Shown: positions 1 through 10,210, counted from the first letter of the stretch. The stretch: DNA of 63,918 nt from a virus (IMGVR_UViG_3300037722_000495:1-63918); one strand, 5' to 3'. The notes: generated by a model not told the origin, from the letters alone. Numbers and translations: made by a program.

Positions 1-40
1 ATTATAATAATTAAAAACATAACTAAAAACTAGTTAATTG

Positions 41-100
41 AATGAACCATTAAATAATCTTAAATGAACCATTAAATGATCATTTAATGTACCATTAATT
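41..100. repeat. Degenerate AT-rich tandem repeat upstream of terminase
   Basis: AATGAACCATTAAAT at 41-55 and 63-77, with variants AAATGATCATTTAAT (74-88) and AATGTACCATTAATT (86-100). Confidence 0.6.
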
Positions 101-187
101 ATTATATTTAAAAGAAGTGATTAACTGATGTGGTAATGTAGGATTCATTAGAAGGTGCTATCGATAGCACCATGAAAGGAGTTATTA

Positions 188-589
188 ATGTTGCATAAAA
201 ATGCTATAAAGAGTCAAATAAGACTAATGGAATTACAATATGATCCAATAGAAAAATTAGTGTTATTAGAAAAGAAGCTACAAGAAGAGCTGTCCATTCA
301 TGAAAAAATAAGGGACTCTTCTAAGGTATTTTTGGATCCTAAAGGAAAACCAAGAAATTATAATCCTCAAGCTCATCAAATGGTATTAGATAAACTTCTT
401 AGTGTATCAGATAAACTTATGCGTTATATGTATGCTAGGGTGCCTGAAACATTGGAACTTAAAGAAGAATCTCCAAGACGATTAATTGTACAATTAACTG
501 GTGATAATGAAGAATATGTGTTAGAAGAAAATACCAATGAGTTTAATGGTGTAATAGATTGTGTAGATGAGAGTGTAACGAATGATTAA
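188..589 (+). CDS. Putative terminase small subunit
   Basis: 133 aa, helical, overlaps the start of the large terminase; positional call. Confidence 0.5.
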   Translation: MLHKNAIKSQIRLMELQYDPIEKLVLLEKKLQEELSIHEKIRDSSKVFLDPKGKPRNYNPQAHQMVLDKLLSVSDKLMRYMYARVPETLELKEESPRRLIVQLTGDNEEYVLEENTNEFNGVIDCVDESVTND

Positions 590-1925
590 ACTCCATAAAG
601 GTCAATCAAAGGTCTATAAGGATATCTTTATTGATCAAGTTTGTAGATTTGCTGTTGTTAGATGTTCTAGAGGTTGGGGAAAATCTTATTGTGGTGCAAC
701 TATTGCTGGTACTGCTATATTTGAACTACTTGAATTGCACCCTTATGTACCTCATAAAGTTGTCTATATAATTGCACCTACTTACGATCAAGTAATTGAT
801 ATTTATTATCCATTAATTAATTACGATTTAGGATTCGGTGATCTTGCTTTAAAGTCCTCCAAAGATACTGGTAGATTTATATTTCCTAATAATGTAGAAC
901 TTAGACTGCTCTCTTACGAATCCATTGAAAGGATGCGAGGTAAGGGAGCTTATTTTGTATTGTGGGATGAATTGTGTTCCTGCAAGAAAGGCATCAAACC
1001 AAGAGATGCATGGCAGGGTGTAATTCAACCTGCTATTATAACAAGGTGGTCTGCTGCTAGAGCTATATCCTTTGGAGCTAAATCCCCTGGGAGAGCAGCT
1101 TTTATTGGTACACCTAAAGGGTACAATTTTTTCAAAGAATTATCAGATTATGAAGAAGAAAATCCTTTGTGGAAATCTTATCATTTTGACTACAGATCAT
1201 CACCATTTTTAGATATTGATGAGATTGAATCAATTAAACATAATATTGATCCCATAGAGTTTGCTTCTGAATATATGGCAACTTTTGAGAATAGTGGTAA
1301 TAATGTCTTTTATTGTTTTGATAGAAAAATACATGTAGATAGAGAGTTGGAGTATTTCAGAGCACCTAAAGATGGTGAACCAGGAGAAGATGTTCATGTG
1401 GGAATTGACTTTAACGTTGGTTTGCAATGTTCTTCTATGAGTGCTTTAAGAGGAGGTCAATTACATGTCCTTGATGAAGTTAAAGGACATCCTGATACTG
1501 AAACATTAGCTATTTCTTTAGCGACTAAATTTAAAGGACATAAAATCTTTGCTTATCCTGATCCCACAGGACGTAGTAGGAAAACATCAGCTCCTGTTGG
1601 TGTAACTGATTTTACAATTCTAAAAGATCATGGTATTACTGTTCTTGCAAGATCACATTCTCCTGCTATCGTGGATAGTGTAGCTTCTGTTAATAGAATG
1701 TTGAAGAATGCAGCTGGAGATGTGAATGTAAGAATACATCCAAGATGTCGTGGTTTATTGGAGTCATTAGAACGAACAAAATGGGTAGACAATAATTCAG
1801 ATACTGCTACTATTGATAAATCAGAAGGTATAGAACATTTTGGTGATGGATTTAGATACAAAACTGAGTTTATGTTTCCGATTAAGAAACATTCTATTGT
1901 CACTAGCAGAGGCTTTGGTTTCTAA
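582..1925 (+). CDS. terL: Terminase large subunit
   Basis: Walker A-like RGWGKS, Walker B VLWDE, GTPKG coupling motif, C-terminal nuclease GIDFN and EHFGDG. Confidence 0.93.
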   Translation: MIKLHKGQSKVYKDIFIDQVCRFAVVRCSRGWGKSYCGATIAGTAIFELLELHPYVPHKVVYIIAPTYDQVIDIYYPLINYDLGFGDLALKSSKDTGRFIFPNNVELRLLSYESIERMRGKGAYFVLWDELCSCKKGIKPRDAWQGVIQPAIITRWSAARAISFGAKSPGRAAFIGTPKGYNFFKELSDYEEENPLWKSYHFDYRSSPFLDIDEIESIKHNIDPIEFASEYMATFENSGNNVFYCFDRKIHVDRELEYFRAPKDGEPGEDVHVGIDFNVGLQCSSMSALRGGQLHVLDEVKGHPDTETLAISLATKFKGHKIFAYPDPTGRSRKTSAPVGVTDFTILKDHGITVLARSHSPAIVDSVASVNRMLKNAAGDVNVRIHPRCRGLLESLERTKWVDNNSDTATIDKSEGIEHFGDGFRYKTEFMFPIKKHSIVTSRGFGF

Positions 1926-1931
1926 GATGAT

Positions 1932-2210
1932 TTGGATTTTGAAATGAAAGACGAAGGATTAAGTAATTGTCTACTTTTTGTGTTGAAAAAAGAAAAAGAA
2001 TGTGGCGGTTACATCGCTAGAAGAAAGACTAGGCATAATCATGCTTGGCCATTATTTAGGTACCATTATTTATGGTTACCCGAAATATGTCCTGATCATG
2101 GGACTCCTTGTCCTTACTTTGAAAGTGCTGTTCCAATAGATAAACTTCATGATAAGTTTCCTTTACCATTATTTAAATTTAAAATTGTAAAAGGAGACCT
2201 TAAGGAATAA
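1932..2210 (+). CDS. Hypothetical protein
   Basis: ORF in co-directional operon; start codon uncertain. Confidence 0.5.
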   Translation: MDFEMKDEGLSNCLLFVLKKEKECGGYIARRKTRHNHAWPLFRYHYLWLPEICPDHGTPCPYFESAVPIDKLHDKFPLPLFKFKIVKGDLKE

Positions 2211-2212
2211 TT

Positions 2213-2536
2213 ATGGCTGAATTTCAGAATCAAACACAACTTAGAGAACAAGTTATTCAAGCACTACTTCCAATGATTCCTGAATTAGAAAAATGGAAGA
2301 GTGTATGGAAAGAAATTCCAAAGGAAAAACAATTAGATTGGTTGATTGAAGGTAAATCTATGTTTCTTTCAGCTGCCGCAGGTACTTTCATTTATCTCTA
2401 CCCTTTTTTCGAAAATATCCTCTCAGATATCCAGAGTGGTAATATTATATTGAATCTAGAGACTATGATATTGAGACGTCCTGAGGATATGGTGGAAGAG
2501 GAGATCGAAGAAATCATAGAGGAGCCAATAGCATGA
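2213..2536 (+). CDS. Hypothetical protein
   Basis: AAGGA RBS, acidic C-terminus, stop overlaps next start. Confidence 0.6.
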   Translation: MAEFQNQTQLREQVIQALLPMIPELEKWKSVWKEIPKEKQLDWLIEGKSMFLSAAAGTFIYLYPFFENILSDIQSGNIILNLETMILRRPEDMVEEEIEEIIEEPIA

Positions 2537-2871
2537 TAGATTTTAGTTTTGAAGCTATTAACTATTTTAATGTAGAAGATAATTCCACTCTGTATCGTAT
2601 TGATTTTTCCCAAAAGGAGCCTGATACACCTATTTTCGAGAACAAGACAGGCCTAAACTTTATAGAATGTTGTTTGATTAATTGTTTAGTACCACCTGAT
2701 TCTTTAGTTATTGCTTGTAATACTCATAAGGTATTTCGTTGTAGTCATCTTCATGATGGTTTATCTTATACTTGCTCTGAAAATTGCCAACATCAAATAG
2801 ATAATGAGGATATCATTGTAGATGGTGTAATTGTTGATACCATTAGACGTTACTCAGATCTATACTATTAA
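2533..2871 (+). CDS. Hypothetical Cys-rich protein
   Basis: ATGA overlap with previous ORF, GGAG RBS. Confidence 0.55.
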   Translation: MIDFSFEAINYFNVEDNSTLYRIDFSQKEPDTPIFENKTGLNFIECCLINCLVPPDSLVIACNTHKVFRCSHLHDGLSYTCSENCQHQIDNEDIIVDGVIVDTIRRYSDLYY

Positions 2872-2912
2872 AAATGGTTGAGAACAATTGAGACTATTGA
2901 GGATTTATAAAT

Positions 2913-3275
2913 ATGGGTGACTTAAGTGAAAATTTTAGTAGCGAAGAGTTTAAATGTCAATGTGGATGCGGTGAAAAAGAGATGCATCCAAGGATTATCG
3001 AGGTATTAGAGTCAATTAGAGAATACATTCAAAGACCTATGAGGATTACTTCCGGTCGTAGATGTGAAAGGCATAACTCATTATTCTCGGGAGCACAATT
3101 TTCTGCACATATCACTGGCGAAGCTGTAGATTTCTATGTTGGCACTTCTATTGATCGATTTAAAATAATTCATTTGTTAATGAATTTAGGTATTACGAGA
3201 ATAGGTGTAGCTCAAAATTTCATACATTTTGATGTATCTAAAACATTACCTCAGAATGTCATTTGGTTATATTGA
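2913..3275 (+). CDS. Peptidase M15A-family endolysin
   Basis: LSENFS..EF.CQCG, ITSGRRC..HN, SAH...EAVD and FIHFDV zinc-peptidase motifs. Confidence 0.85.
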   Translation: MGDLSENFSSEEFKCQCGCGEKEMHPRIIEVLESIREYIQRPMRITSGRRCERHNSLFSGAQFSAHITGEAVDFYVGTSIDRFKIIHLLMNLGITRIGVAQNFIHFDVSKTLPQNVIWLY

Positions 3276-3313
3276 GAAATCATAATAAGGAACTATAATA
3301 AGGAACTATAAAT

Positions 3314-3622
3314 ATGAGTATTAAAGGTAAAATTCTAGGGGGTGTACTTCGTTTTCTAGGTAGGAAATTAGATGGTAAGAAGACTTATCTGGGAGCAGCT
3401 GGAAAGATCCTTACAGGATTCACTGGAATTGCTACAGGTATCGTAGGTATTATAGGCATCATGTATCCGGACTTCGGTTTTCCTGTAATGGATATCGAGA
3501 TTTCTCTTGCATCCATCAGTGGTGGTTTCTATGCCATTAGTTCTGGATTTCAGGGAATAGGAATTGGACATAAAATTGAAAAATCTAAGAGACTGGTTGA
3601 CCAGCAAGAAGAATACTACTAA
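3314..3622 (+). CDS. Putative holin / membrane protein
   Basis: Follows endolysin; GKKTY motif and two hydrophobic segments. Confidence 0.55.
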   Translation: MSIKGKILGGVLRFLGRKLDGKKTYLGAAGKILTGFTGIATGIVGIIGIMYPDFGFPVMDIEISLASISGGFYAISSGFQGIGIGHKIEKSKRLVDQQEEYY

Positions 3623-3724
3623 TAAACCAATAATGTTTAGCAAATCATTTATCTGTGATTGGGATATAATTTTAGCTAATTGGTTCAGAAAACAGATTGA
3701 TAAACTTTCTAAAAGGAGAAAATA

Positions 3725-4012
3725 ATGTGGGATAAATTTAAACTATGGAGTATGATATTTACTTCTGAATTGAAAAGTTTTCTTGTACCTCTTCTAAAAA
3801 TATATCTCACAGAAGCAGGAAAACAACTTCTTTATGTAGCCTTTGGTGCTGTGAAGATTATGGCACAAAGAGATATTCCGAATGATGAGAGACATAAGAT
3901 GGCTTCTGAGATGATTGAAACTGAATTGAAACGTAGGGGTCTTGAGCTAGGTACATCTCTTATTAATAGTGCAATTGAGACAGCTGTCATCCGACTTAAG
4001 TCTGAGCGATAA
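3725..4012 (+). CDS. Hypothetical protein, possibly holin-associated
   Basis: AAGGAG RBS; C-terminal INSAIETAV resembles LL-H-type holin tails. Confidence 0.45.
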   Translation: MWDKFKLWSMIFTSELKSFLVPLLKIYLTEAGKQLLYVAFGAVKIMAQRDIPNDERHKMASEMIETELKRRGLELGTSLINSAIETAVIRLKSER

Positions 4013-4024
4013 TATGGAGGCAGC

Positions 4025-5290
4025 ATGTCATATGTTACTAAAATCTCTTTACCAAATTGGATACAAGTAGGTGATTCGATTTGTGTATATGAAACTGGTA
4101 CTCAGAATTTAGTTTCAAATTTAACAGATATAGAAAATGGACTAGCATTAAGTAATCCTGTTATAGTACCTAATCAAGAGTATATAAGAATATGCACTCC
4201 AAACCATGAGAGAGTTGATCTTTATTGGGTTGAAGGTGATCGTTTTATACCTGATAATGTCATTGTCAGACAGATTCTGCCAGAAGATATTGATACCAAA
4301 ATTATTACTCATAATAATGAGAAACATTCAGCTGCAAATTTATGGTCTCAATTAGGTATATATGTTGGTATAGTTGAACCTTCCTTGGGTACTTACAATC
4401 AATGGGTTTCTGGCCTCTCCCAGTATTGGGCCTGGATTGACATTTCACAGGAGGCGGCTGACGGCTTGGGCTTCGGTCTTCTATCGGGCGTGACAGCGAC
4501 CACAGGAGTCAATAGTATCCTCGGCGTCGGTGTGGCTCAAGGTGTTGCCGCATTTATGGGCGTTCAGTTGACGACCTCGACCGGGGCGATTACTGGCATT
4601 GGCGTTGTCAATGACGGCTCTGGCAGCGGCCTTCTGACTGGTGTGGGAGCTATTACCTCGACCGGCAATATTTCTGGCATCGGTATCGCTGTGGGTATAG
4701 CGACATTAACTGGCGTCTCAGTGACGACTTCGGCAGGGACTATCAGTGGTAGCGGACCTGCTGCCGAACCTCAGATGGTTCTGTCAGATAGTAACGTTGA
4801 CACTGGAAATTATATCTACGATGTAGGATTTTGGTATTGGCAAGAAATTACTTTTAGCGCTCCAGTAGAGTCATCCTTTTTCATTGAAAGTGTTTGTGAA
4901 GTTAATGATGCTCCTTGGGATTGGGAACAATATAGGTTTGAAGCCTACTTTTCTTCCCAACCGCCTCAATACATGGCGAGTAATAGGGTAGGTTTCCAGA
5001 TTATTAACTTTGACGAAGATGAGGAGACCTTTGGTTCTATTAAAATATTGGAAGATACTGCGCATACTCTCACGAATTATGTTTCACCTTATTCTGGCGT
5101 AAATAGGTGGAGATTAGAGAAGATTGGCACCCAAGTGACACTCAGGAGAGGCGGAGATGCCTTGGCTGGAAATGGTTCCATTATTGGAACCAGGACGATG
5201 CCGTTAAGTGTACTCGGAACTCCATATAGTAAGATTATATTTGGAGGCAGTAGTTTTAACGTAACAGAAATCCATGTTGGTCTATTATGA
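4025..5290 (+). CDS. Gly/Thr-rich putative virion structural protein
   Basis: GGAGG RBS; central LTGV..T.TG repeats in locally GC-richer DNA; beta-rich C-terminus. Confidence 0.55.
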   Translation: MSYVTKISLPNWIQVGDSICVYETGTQNLVSNLTDIENGLALSNPVIVPNQEYIRICTPNHERVDLYWVEGDRFIPDNVIVRQILPEDIDTKIITHNNEKHSAANLWSQLGIYVGIVEPSLGTYNQWVSGLSQYWAWIDISQEAADGLGFGLLSGVTATTGVNSILGVGVAQGVAAFMGVQLTTSTGAITGIGVVNDGSGSGLLTGVGAITSTGNISGIGIAVGIATLTGVSVTTSAGTISGSGPAAEPQMVLSDSNVDTGNYIYDVGFWYWQEITFSAPVESSFFIESVCEVNDAPWDWEQYRFEAYFSSQPPQYMASNRVGFQIINFDEDEETFGSIKILEDTAHTLTNYVSPYSGVNRWRLEKIGTQVTLRRGGDALAGNGSIIGTRTMPLSVLGTPYSKIIFGGSSFNVTEIHVGLL

Positions 5291-7308
5291 TTTATACAAA
5301 TAAAATCATAATATTTGCTAAAAACATTCAGAACATTGGAAATCTACTTTCTAATTTCAGAATTGTTAGTGCATCAGAGAGGTTAAATTATGTCATCGTA
5401 AAAGTTGACAACGAGGACCCCTATGAGGCCATACAGAAAATACTTAAACACGATTCGGTTATTGATGCGACTTTTGATTTATCCGGAGAGAGAAACCTAA
5501 CCACCCTTACGCCCGCTCCAGTAACAAATGACCCGGATTTAAATCAACTCTGGGGTTTAAAAGACATGGGAGTATTTGAAGCCCATCATCTTTATGGGAG
5601 AGGAAATCCATCCATAAAGATTGCAATGATTGACCAGGGCATTGACTTAGAACATGAAGAATTTATTGGCAAAACAATCTATGGCTACGCTTCACCAGAG
5701 ACAGAGACTTGGACTGCGGATACTTCAGGGGGGCATGGTAATGCGACAAGCAGTCAAATAACTGCTGAGGGCGACAATGGAAAAGGTATTATAGGTATTG
5801 TTCCAGATGCCGTATTTTATCATTTAGCCGCAACACCTGGTGGTGCTAACTGTTTGTTAAGTGACATTCTCGAATGTATTGATTTTGGTTTAGCTAATGG
5901 TGTGAGAATATTTGCACTAAGCCAAAATTTAGGAAAAACTCTAGAACAAACAGCAATTGACTCCATTAAAAATCAAGGAGCAATCTTCGTAACAACATCA
6001 GGAAATGACGGTATCCTATTGAGTTCTCGCACTGCTGTTCAAGAATGTTTTTTTGTCATTGGCAATTATGATTCTTCCCTGGCAATGAGTCGTTCTTCTG
6101 TCTACGGTCCTCTTGTTGACTGCAACACACCTGGCACAGATATATTGATGGCCTATAAGTACAACAATACCACTGGTGAAAGCTCTTATATTACTGCCAC
6201 CGGAACCTCAATGGCCTGTCCATATTTTGCAGCTGCTGCTGCTCTAGTTTGGGGAATTAATCCTCTACTTTCTAACTATCAGGTGTCAAGGATTTTGAAT
6301 GAAAGTCGTATCCCACTTCCTACTTTTGAGGGGCAGGAAAGGGGTCCAACTGGCAGACTGAATACTCTCTTGGCCTGCCATAAAGCCTTTATCACAAAAC
6401 CTGAGAATGCTGATGCTACCATTCCTTTTGTTTGGTTTGATGGTGAAGATGTCACTAGGGAAATTATTGATGGAGAACTGGTAGTCAGTTTGTCAGGACA
6501 AGTTTCGGTAATGGCTGAAGCTGTCACGAATGCGCCTTATTATAATTTAAAATTTTATGTGGGGGATACTTGTCTTTTTGATGGCATAAAAAGTTCCAGT
6601 AGAATCTTTGATAATTTCTCAATTGATGAGGTCGTATGTGGAACCCTTGAGGACTATCAATCTTTATCAATAGCCCGCACTGGTGCCTGGTCCGTTCCTT
6701 TTGAAATCTCTACTGCCACACAGGTTTGGTTTTCTATGATATCAAGTGGTGGTTTTGTACCTGGTTATATTACAAATGGTTGTGCTGGATACATAAATAT
6801 TCCAAGCGGCGCAGGACCAACCAGCACTCAAGAGGGCGAAATAGTAATTGATTTTGGCGAGTTCGATTTGACAGACAAGAACACTCTCGTTTTTCCCCAT
6901 TATCGAGGGATGCTGCTCGCCTTTTTTATTGAGTTATTAATTGATGATGAAGTCGTTTGGAAATACTGGGAGATGGGTACAACTACTTTTACTTCTAGCG
7001 TATTCAATGCTATAGCAGACATATCTAAATATTCTGGGCTTCATCGTGTTAAATTTAGAGGTTTTCATAATACCGACCCAAAATATAAGGCGACCAATCT
7101 AACAAAGGCGAATTTAATATTCGATAATGTATACCTGAGCCGTGACAAGTGCATTGAATACGACACTATGTGGGATACATCTGCTTTGCAGGGCGATTAT
7201 CGAGTCGAAGTAACACCTCTTTGGGGTGCTTTTTCTAAAGGAAAAACGGAAAGCTTTTTTCTGAAAACAATTGGCAACAAGGTATTTTCGTTCATTCAAA
7301 AACAATAA
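5287..7308 (+). CDS. Subtilisin-family (S8) serine protease with C-terminal beta-rich extension
   Basis: Catalytic triad motifs MIDQGID, GHGNATS, GTSMACP; oxyanion-hole SGND. Confidence 0.9.
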   Translation: MIYTNKIIIFAKNIQNIGNLLSNFRIVSASERLNYVIVKVDNEDPYEAIQKILKHDSVIDATFDLSGERNLTTLTPAPVTNDPDLNQLWGLKDMGVFEAHHLYGRGNPSIKIAMIDQGIDLEHEEFIGKTIYGYASPETETWTADTSGGHGNATSSQITAEGDNGKGIIGIVPDAVFYHLAATPGGANCLLSDILECIDFGLANGVRIFALSQNLGKTLEQTAIDSIKNQGAIFVTTSGNDGILLSSRTAVQECFFVIGNYDSSLAMSRSSVYGPLVDCNTPGTDILMAYKYNNTTGESSYITATGTSMACPYFAAAAALVWGINPLLSNYQVSRILNESRIPLPTFEGQERGPTGRLNTLLACHKAFITKPENADATIPFVWFDGEDVTREIIDGELVVSLSGQVSVMAEAVTNAPYYNLKFYVGDTCLFDGIKSSSRIFDNFSIDEVVCGTLEDYQSLSIARTGAWSVPFEISTATQVWFSMISSGGFVPGYITNGCAGYINIPSGAGPTSTQEGEIVIDFGEFDLTDKNTLVFPHYRGMLLAFFIELLIDDEVVWKYWEMGTTTFTSSVFNAIADISKYSGLHRVKFRGFHNTDPKYKATNLTKANLIFDNVYLSRDKCIEYDTMWDTSALQGDYRVEVTPLWGAFSKGKTESFFLKTIGNKVFSFIQKQ

Positions 7309-7320
7309 GGAGAAACAAAC

Positions 7321-7743
7321 ATGGCTTTTGCAGCAGGAATTACCAGATACCAGAAAAAGAAGTGGCTCGACGCCCTGGTTGCCGCAGGAATGAAGATTGC
7401 GTTCTATCTGACAACGACTGGCCTCGACGCCAACCAAGACCCCGCGACCCCTCTCGCCTACACCGCAACGGGTGAATTAAGCGATTCTGGTACTGGCTAT
7501 ACTACCACAGGGTATACTGTCGCCAATGCAGTCGTCTCGGCAAACGGAAATGCTTACCAGATTGACTTCGATGATATCGTTACTGGTAGCGGAACAATTG
7601 CTTCAGGTACTTACGGTGCAATGATTTATGCACCTTCTGACACTAACAGAGCTATTGCTATCTGTCAAGTAGATGTCTCACAAGGTTCTTCTAGTGGAGC
7701 CATGACCTTTACTATCCCAGTAGATACATTAAAGCTTACTTAA
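7321..7743 (+). CDS. Putative virion structural protein
   Basis: AAGGAG RBS; KIAFY..AYTATGE.SGTGYTTTG pattern typical of small phage fibre/structural proteins. Confidence 0.5.
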   Translation: MAFAAGITRYQKKKWLDALVAAGMKIAFYLTTTGLDANQDPATPLAYTATGELSDSGTGYTTTGYTVANAVVSANGNAYQIDFDDIVTGSGTIASGTYGAMIYAPSDTNRAIAICQVDVSQGSSSGAMTFTIPVDTLKLT

Positions 7744-7747
7744 TTAG

Positions 7748-8623
7748 ATGGATTTCTTAGCCATTGGAGAAGGATGGCAAGAGTGGTTAAGATACAAGTC
7801 TCTTGATTCTCAATGGTTAATTAAAAATGGACTATCTCGAGAGACTACTTGGAAAATCTTTGGTTCCAGAATACTTGATACAAATTGGAATATCAAAGAT
7901 CTTAATACCTTACCATCTGAATGGTTTATTCAAAATGGTAGTGAGTTACCGCTTGAATATAAAATATTTACTAACACTTCTAAGGATGTCTATTGGCATA
8001 TCTTAGACAACCGACAATTAAATACAAATTGGAAGATAATGACTGTAAGATACCTTGATATTAATTATCATATCTTACAGTCTAATTCAGTACCAACTGA
8101 TTGGGTAATTCTAAATGGCTCTGAAGTAGATATCAATTGGAATACCCTTACGGAAAAAGAACAATCTATTCTATGGCACATTAAGGATACATCTAATAAG
8201 CCATTAGAATGGAATATTTATAATGCATCAATATTAGATACTAACTGGAGGATACTATCCAATGGTAAAGTATCAATTAACATTCTATGGAAAATAATTG
8301 TAAGTGCAAATCCTTATATACCTATAAATTGGCATATTCAAAATGGCACTCCTATAAATATTGACTGGAAAATATTAAATTTAAAACAAAAAGATGTACA
8401 ATGGCATATTCTTAAGGATGTAGATCTTGAAACTTTATGGGCTATCACAGCAAGTTATGCTGGATTAGGTATGAATTGGAATATATTTAATACCGATAAT
8501 CTAGAAGTCTTCTGGAAGTTTCTTGAAGCTGATGCACCTGAGCCTGGTGTAATCTTTTATGACAAAGTAAGAAAAACAATCTTTTACTCTAACCAACGAG
8601 TAACTATTTTTAGGAGTGAATAA
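7748..8623 (+). CDS. Trp-repeat protein (about 11-aa W-x-I period)
   Basis: More than 20 periodic W-x-I/L units such as TNWNIK, TNWKIM, INWHIQ. Confidence 0.7.
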   Translation: MDFLAIGEGWQEWLRYKSLDSQWLIKNGLSRETTWKIFGSRILDTNWNIKDLNTLPSEWFIQNGSELPLEYKIFTNTSKDVYWHILDNRQLNTNWKIMTVRYLDINYHILQSNSVPTDWVILNGSEVDINWNTLTEKEQSILWHIKDTSNKPLEWNIYNASILDTNWRILSNGKVSINILWKIIVSANPYIPINWHIQNGTPINIDWKILNLKQKDVQWHILKDVDLETLWAITASYAGLGMNWNIFNTDNLEVFWKFLEADAPEPGVIFYDKVRKTIFYSNQRVTIFRSE

Positions 8624-9078
8624 TGCCTTCGAATATTATTTTTAGAAAAACAACTAATGGACTCGGTGGTAATTCAACTGCCGAAGAAGTTTCCGCTGCG
8701 GGAATGAACAATATTTTTGATGATGTATCTAAAGATGAAGCTCTTGCAGGTGATACCGAATACCGTGCAATTGACCTCTTCAACAATGGTAATGCAACAG
8801 CTGTAGTGGTTACTGCTTATCTTACTGGTGATACTGTTTCCAATTATTCTGTACTACATATGGGCGCATTAGCTGCTACTGGAGGCACCCTTGCGATTGC
8901 TAATGAAAGTACTGCTCCTGCAGGTGTAACCTTCGCTGAAAGGCTATCTGGTAATGCTCTGTCCCTTCCAGACATCCCTGCTGGAAGTTATGTACGACTC
9001 TGGCTTAAGAGGACCATCGGTGCAGGGGCAGAGAATATTGCTTCAGACGGTACAATTCTAGAGGTTTCTTATGCCTGA
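8623..9078 (+). CDS. Putative virion structural protein
   Basis: LGG..NNIFDDVS..EA.AGDTEYR and LWLKR motifs; Ala/Gly-rich. Confidence 0.5.
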   Translation: MPSNIIFRKTTNGLGGNSTAEEVSAAGMNNIFDDVSKDEALAGDTEYRAIDLFNNGNATAVVVTAYLTGDTVSNYSVLHMGALAATGGTLAIANESTAPAGVTFAERLSGNALSLPDIPAGSYVRLWLKRTIGAGAENIASDGTILEVSYA

Positions 9079-9379
9079 TTTTGCCGAAATATCACCTGGA
9101 GAAGCGCTGCTTATTGGATATGATTTTAGCAATAATCTTTCTGGTGAAACTTTAGTTTCTTCAAGTAACATCAATGGTATCTCAGGAGTCAAAGTTTTTG
9201 ATTCCGATGGTATAGATGTTAGTGAAACAATGATCGAATCTAATAGTCTAATTATTTCAAATACAATGGTACAAGCAAGAATATTAAATGTTGAAGCAAA
9301 TAAACATTTCTCTATAAAATTCTATGCAGCACTTACTAATGGTGACTTCATAGAAGGTGTTGTTTTGTTGCGAAACTAA
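9071..9379 (+). CDS. Hypothetical beta-rich protein (possible fibre adaptor)
   Basis: P.E....YDFS..L.GETL.SS pattern; overlaps previous gene. Confidence 0.45.
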   Translation: MPDFAEISPGEALLIGYDFSNNLSGETLVSSSNINGISGVKVFDSDGIDVSETMIESNSLIISNTMVQARILNVEANKHFSIKFYAALTNGDFIEGVVLLRN

Positions 9380-9414
9380 TCCTTAACTTCTAATACCTCA
9401 TAAGGATAATAATT

Positions 9415-9915
9415 ATGGCAGTTCCTTGCGAAAATGGAGATGTTCTTAAAGAACACTCCTCAAAGATAAACAGTCTTGTAGTTGGTCAAGAACGTATCGA
9501 AGCTGGCAATAAAGAGATGTTAGCTGAGCTTCGTTCAGTATTGAGAGACATTAGAGATATGTTTGAATCAAGTATTGAACATAGAAAGGATATTGAAAGA
9601 CTCAGATCTGATGTAGAAAATTTAGGAAGAAAACAAAGAGAAACTAAATTCGAAATTGATGCTTCTCTTGGTGTCCTGAGAGCTGATGTTAATACTCTCG
9701 GTCTTTGGAAGGCCGGCATTAATGAGAAGATAGACTGGCGCAAAATAGATAACGTTCATGATTTTGTCCTACAAGAAAAAGGTTGGAGAAAATTCGTTCC
9801 TACCTTTTTATCTATCGTTGCTGTAATTTTAGCTATTATTACTGGTGTAGTACAATTAAATAAGGCAGTTTCCCATAATCCTATCGAACACTCAATAGAG
9901 TATGATAAGAGGTAA
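9415..9915 (+). CDS. Coiled-coil protein with one C-terminal transmembrane helix
   Basis: Heptad-rich N-terminus; FLSIVAVILAIITGVV hydrophobic segment. Confidence 0.6.
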   Translation: MAVPCENGDVLKEHSSKINSLVVGQERIEAGNKEMLAELRSVLRDIRDMFESSIEHRKDIERLRSDVENLGRKQRETKFEIDASLGVLRADVNTLGLWKAGINEKIDWRKIDNVHDFVLQEKGWRKFVPTFLSIVAVILAIITGVVQLNKAVSHNPIEHSIEYDKR

Positions 9916-9919
9916 TTAA

Positions 9920-10210
9920 ATGAGCGATCAAGAAGTTGGTTATAAAGTAGTTGACCCTGAAATTCTGAAACCTAAAATTAATGAACTTGAAATTAAGAAA
10001 CTCGAAGAACAGAAGAAAGAACTTGAAATTAAGAAATTAGAAGAACAGAAGAAAGAACTTGAAAAAGCAAAACCACAAAAGTTTGTAGATAATAGTCCTA
10101 CTCATTGGTATATCATTGCAGAAGACGAAGGAATTTTTGCTAGAAATGATCATTCCGGAGAAACTTTTAAAGGTTCTATCAAGGAGTTCAATGAAGCAAT
10201 GAGGAAATAA
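9920..10210 (+). CDS. Hypothetical protein with internal 12-aa duplication
   Basis: ELEIKKLEEQKK occurs twice; GAGG RBS. Confidence 0.6.
   Translation: MSDQEVGYKVVDPEILKPKINELEIKKLEEQKKELEIKKLEEQKKELEKAKPQKFVDNSPTHWYIIAEDEGIFARNDHSGETFKGSIKEFNEAMRK
9983..10064 (+). repeat. 36-bp tandem repeat, about 2.3 copies
   Basis: GAACTTGAAATTAAGAAA(CTC/TTA)GAAGAACAGAAGAAA at 9983-10018 and 10019-10054, plus partial copy. Confidence 0.9.

Noticed and set aside
3282-3311. 13-bp duplication ATAATAAGGAACT, and 11-bp duplication at 45054-45075
   Set aside because: Simple slippage-type duplications with no evidence of function
9983-10064. 36-bp repeat as a mini CRISPR array
   Set aside because: Copies are directly adjacent with no spacers and in frame within a gene; no cas genes seen
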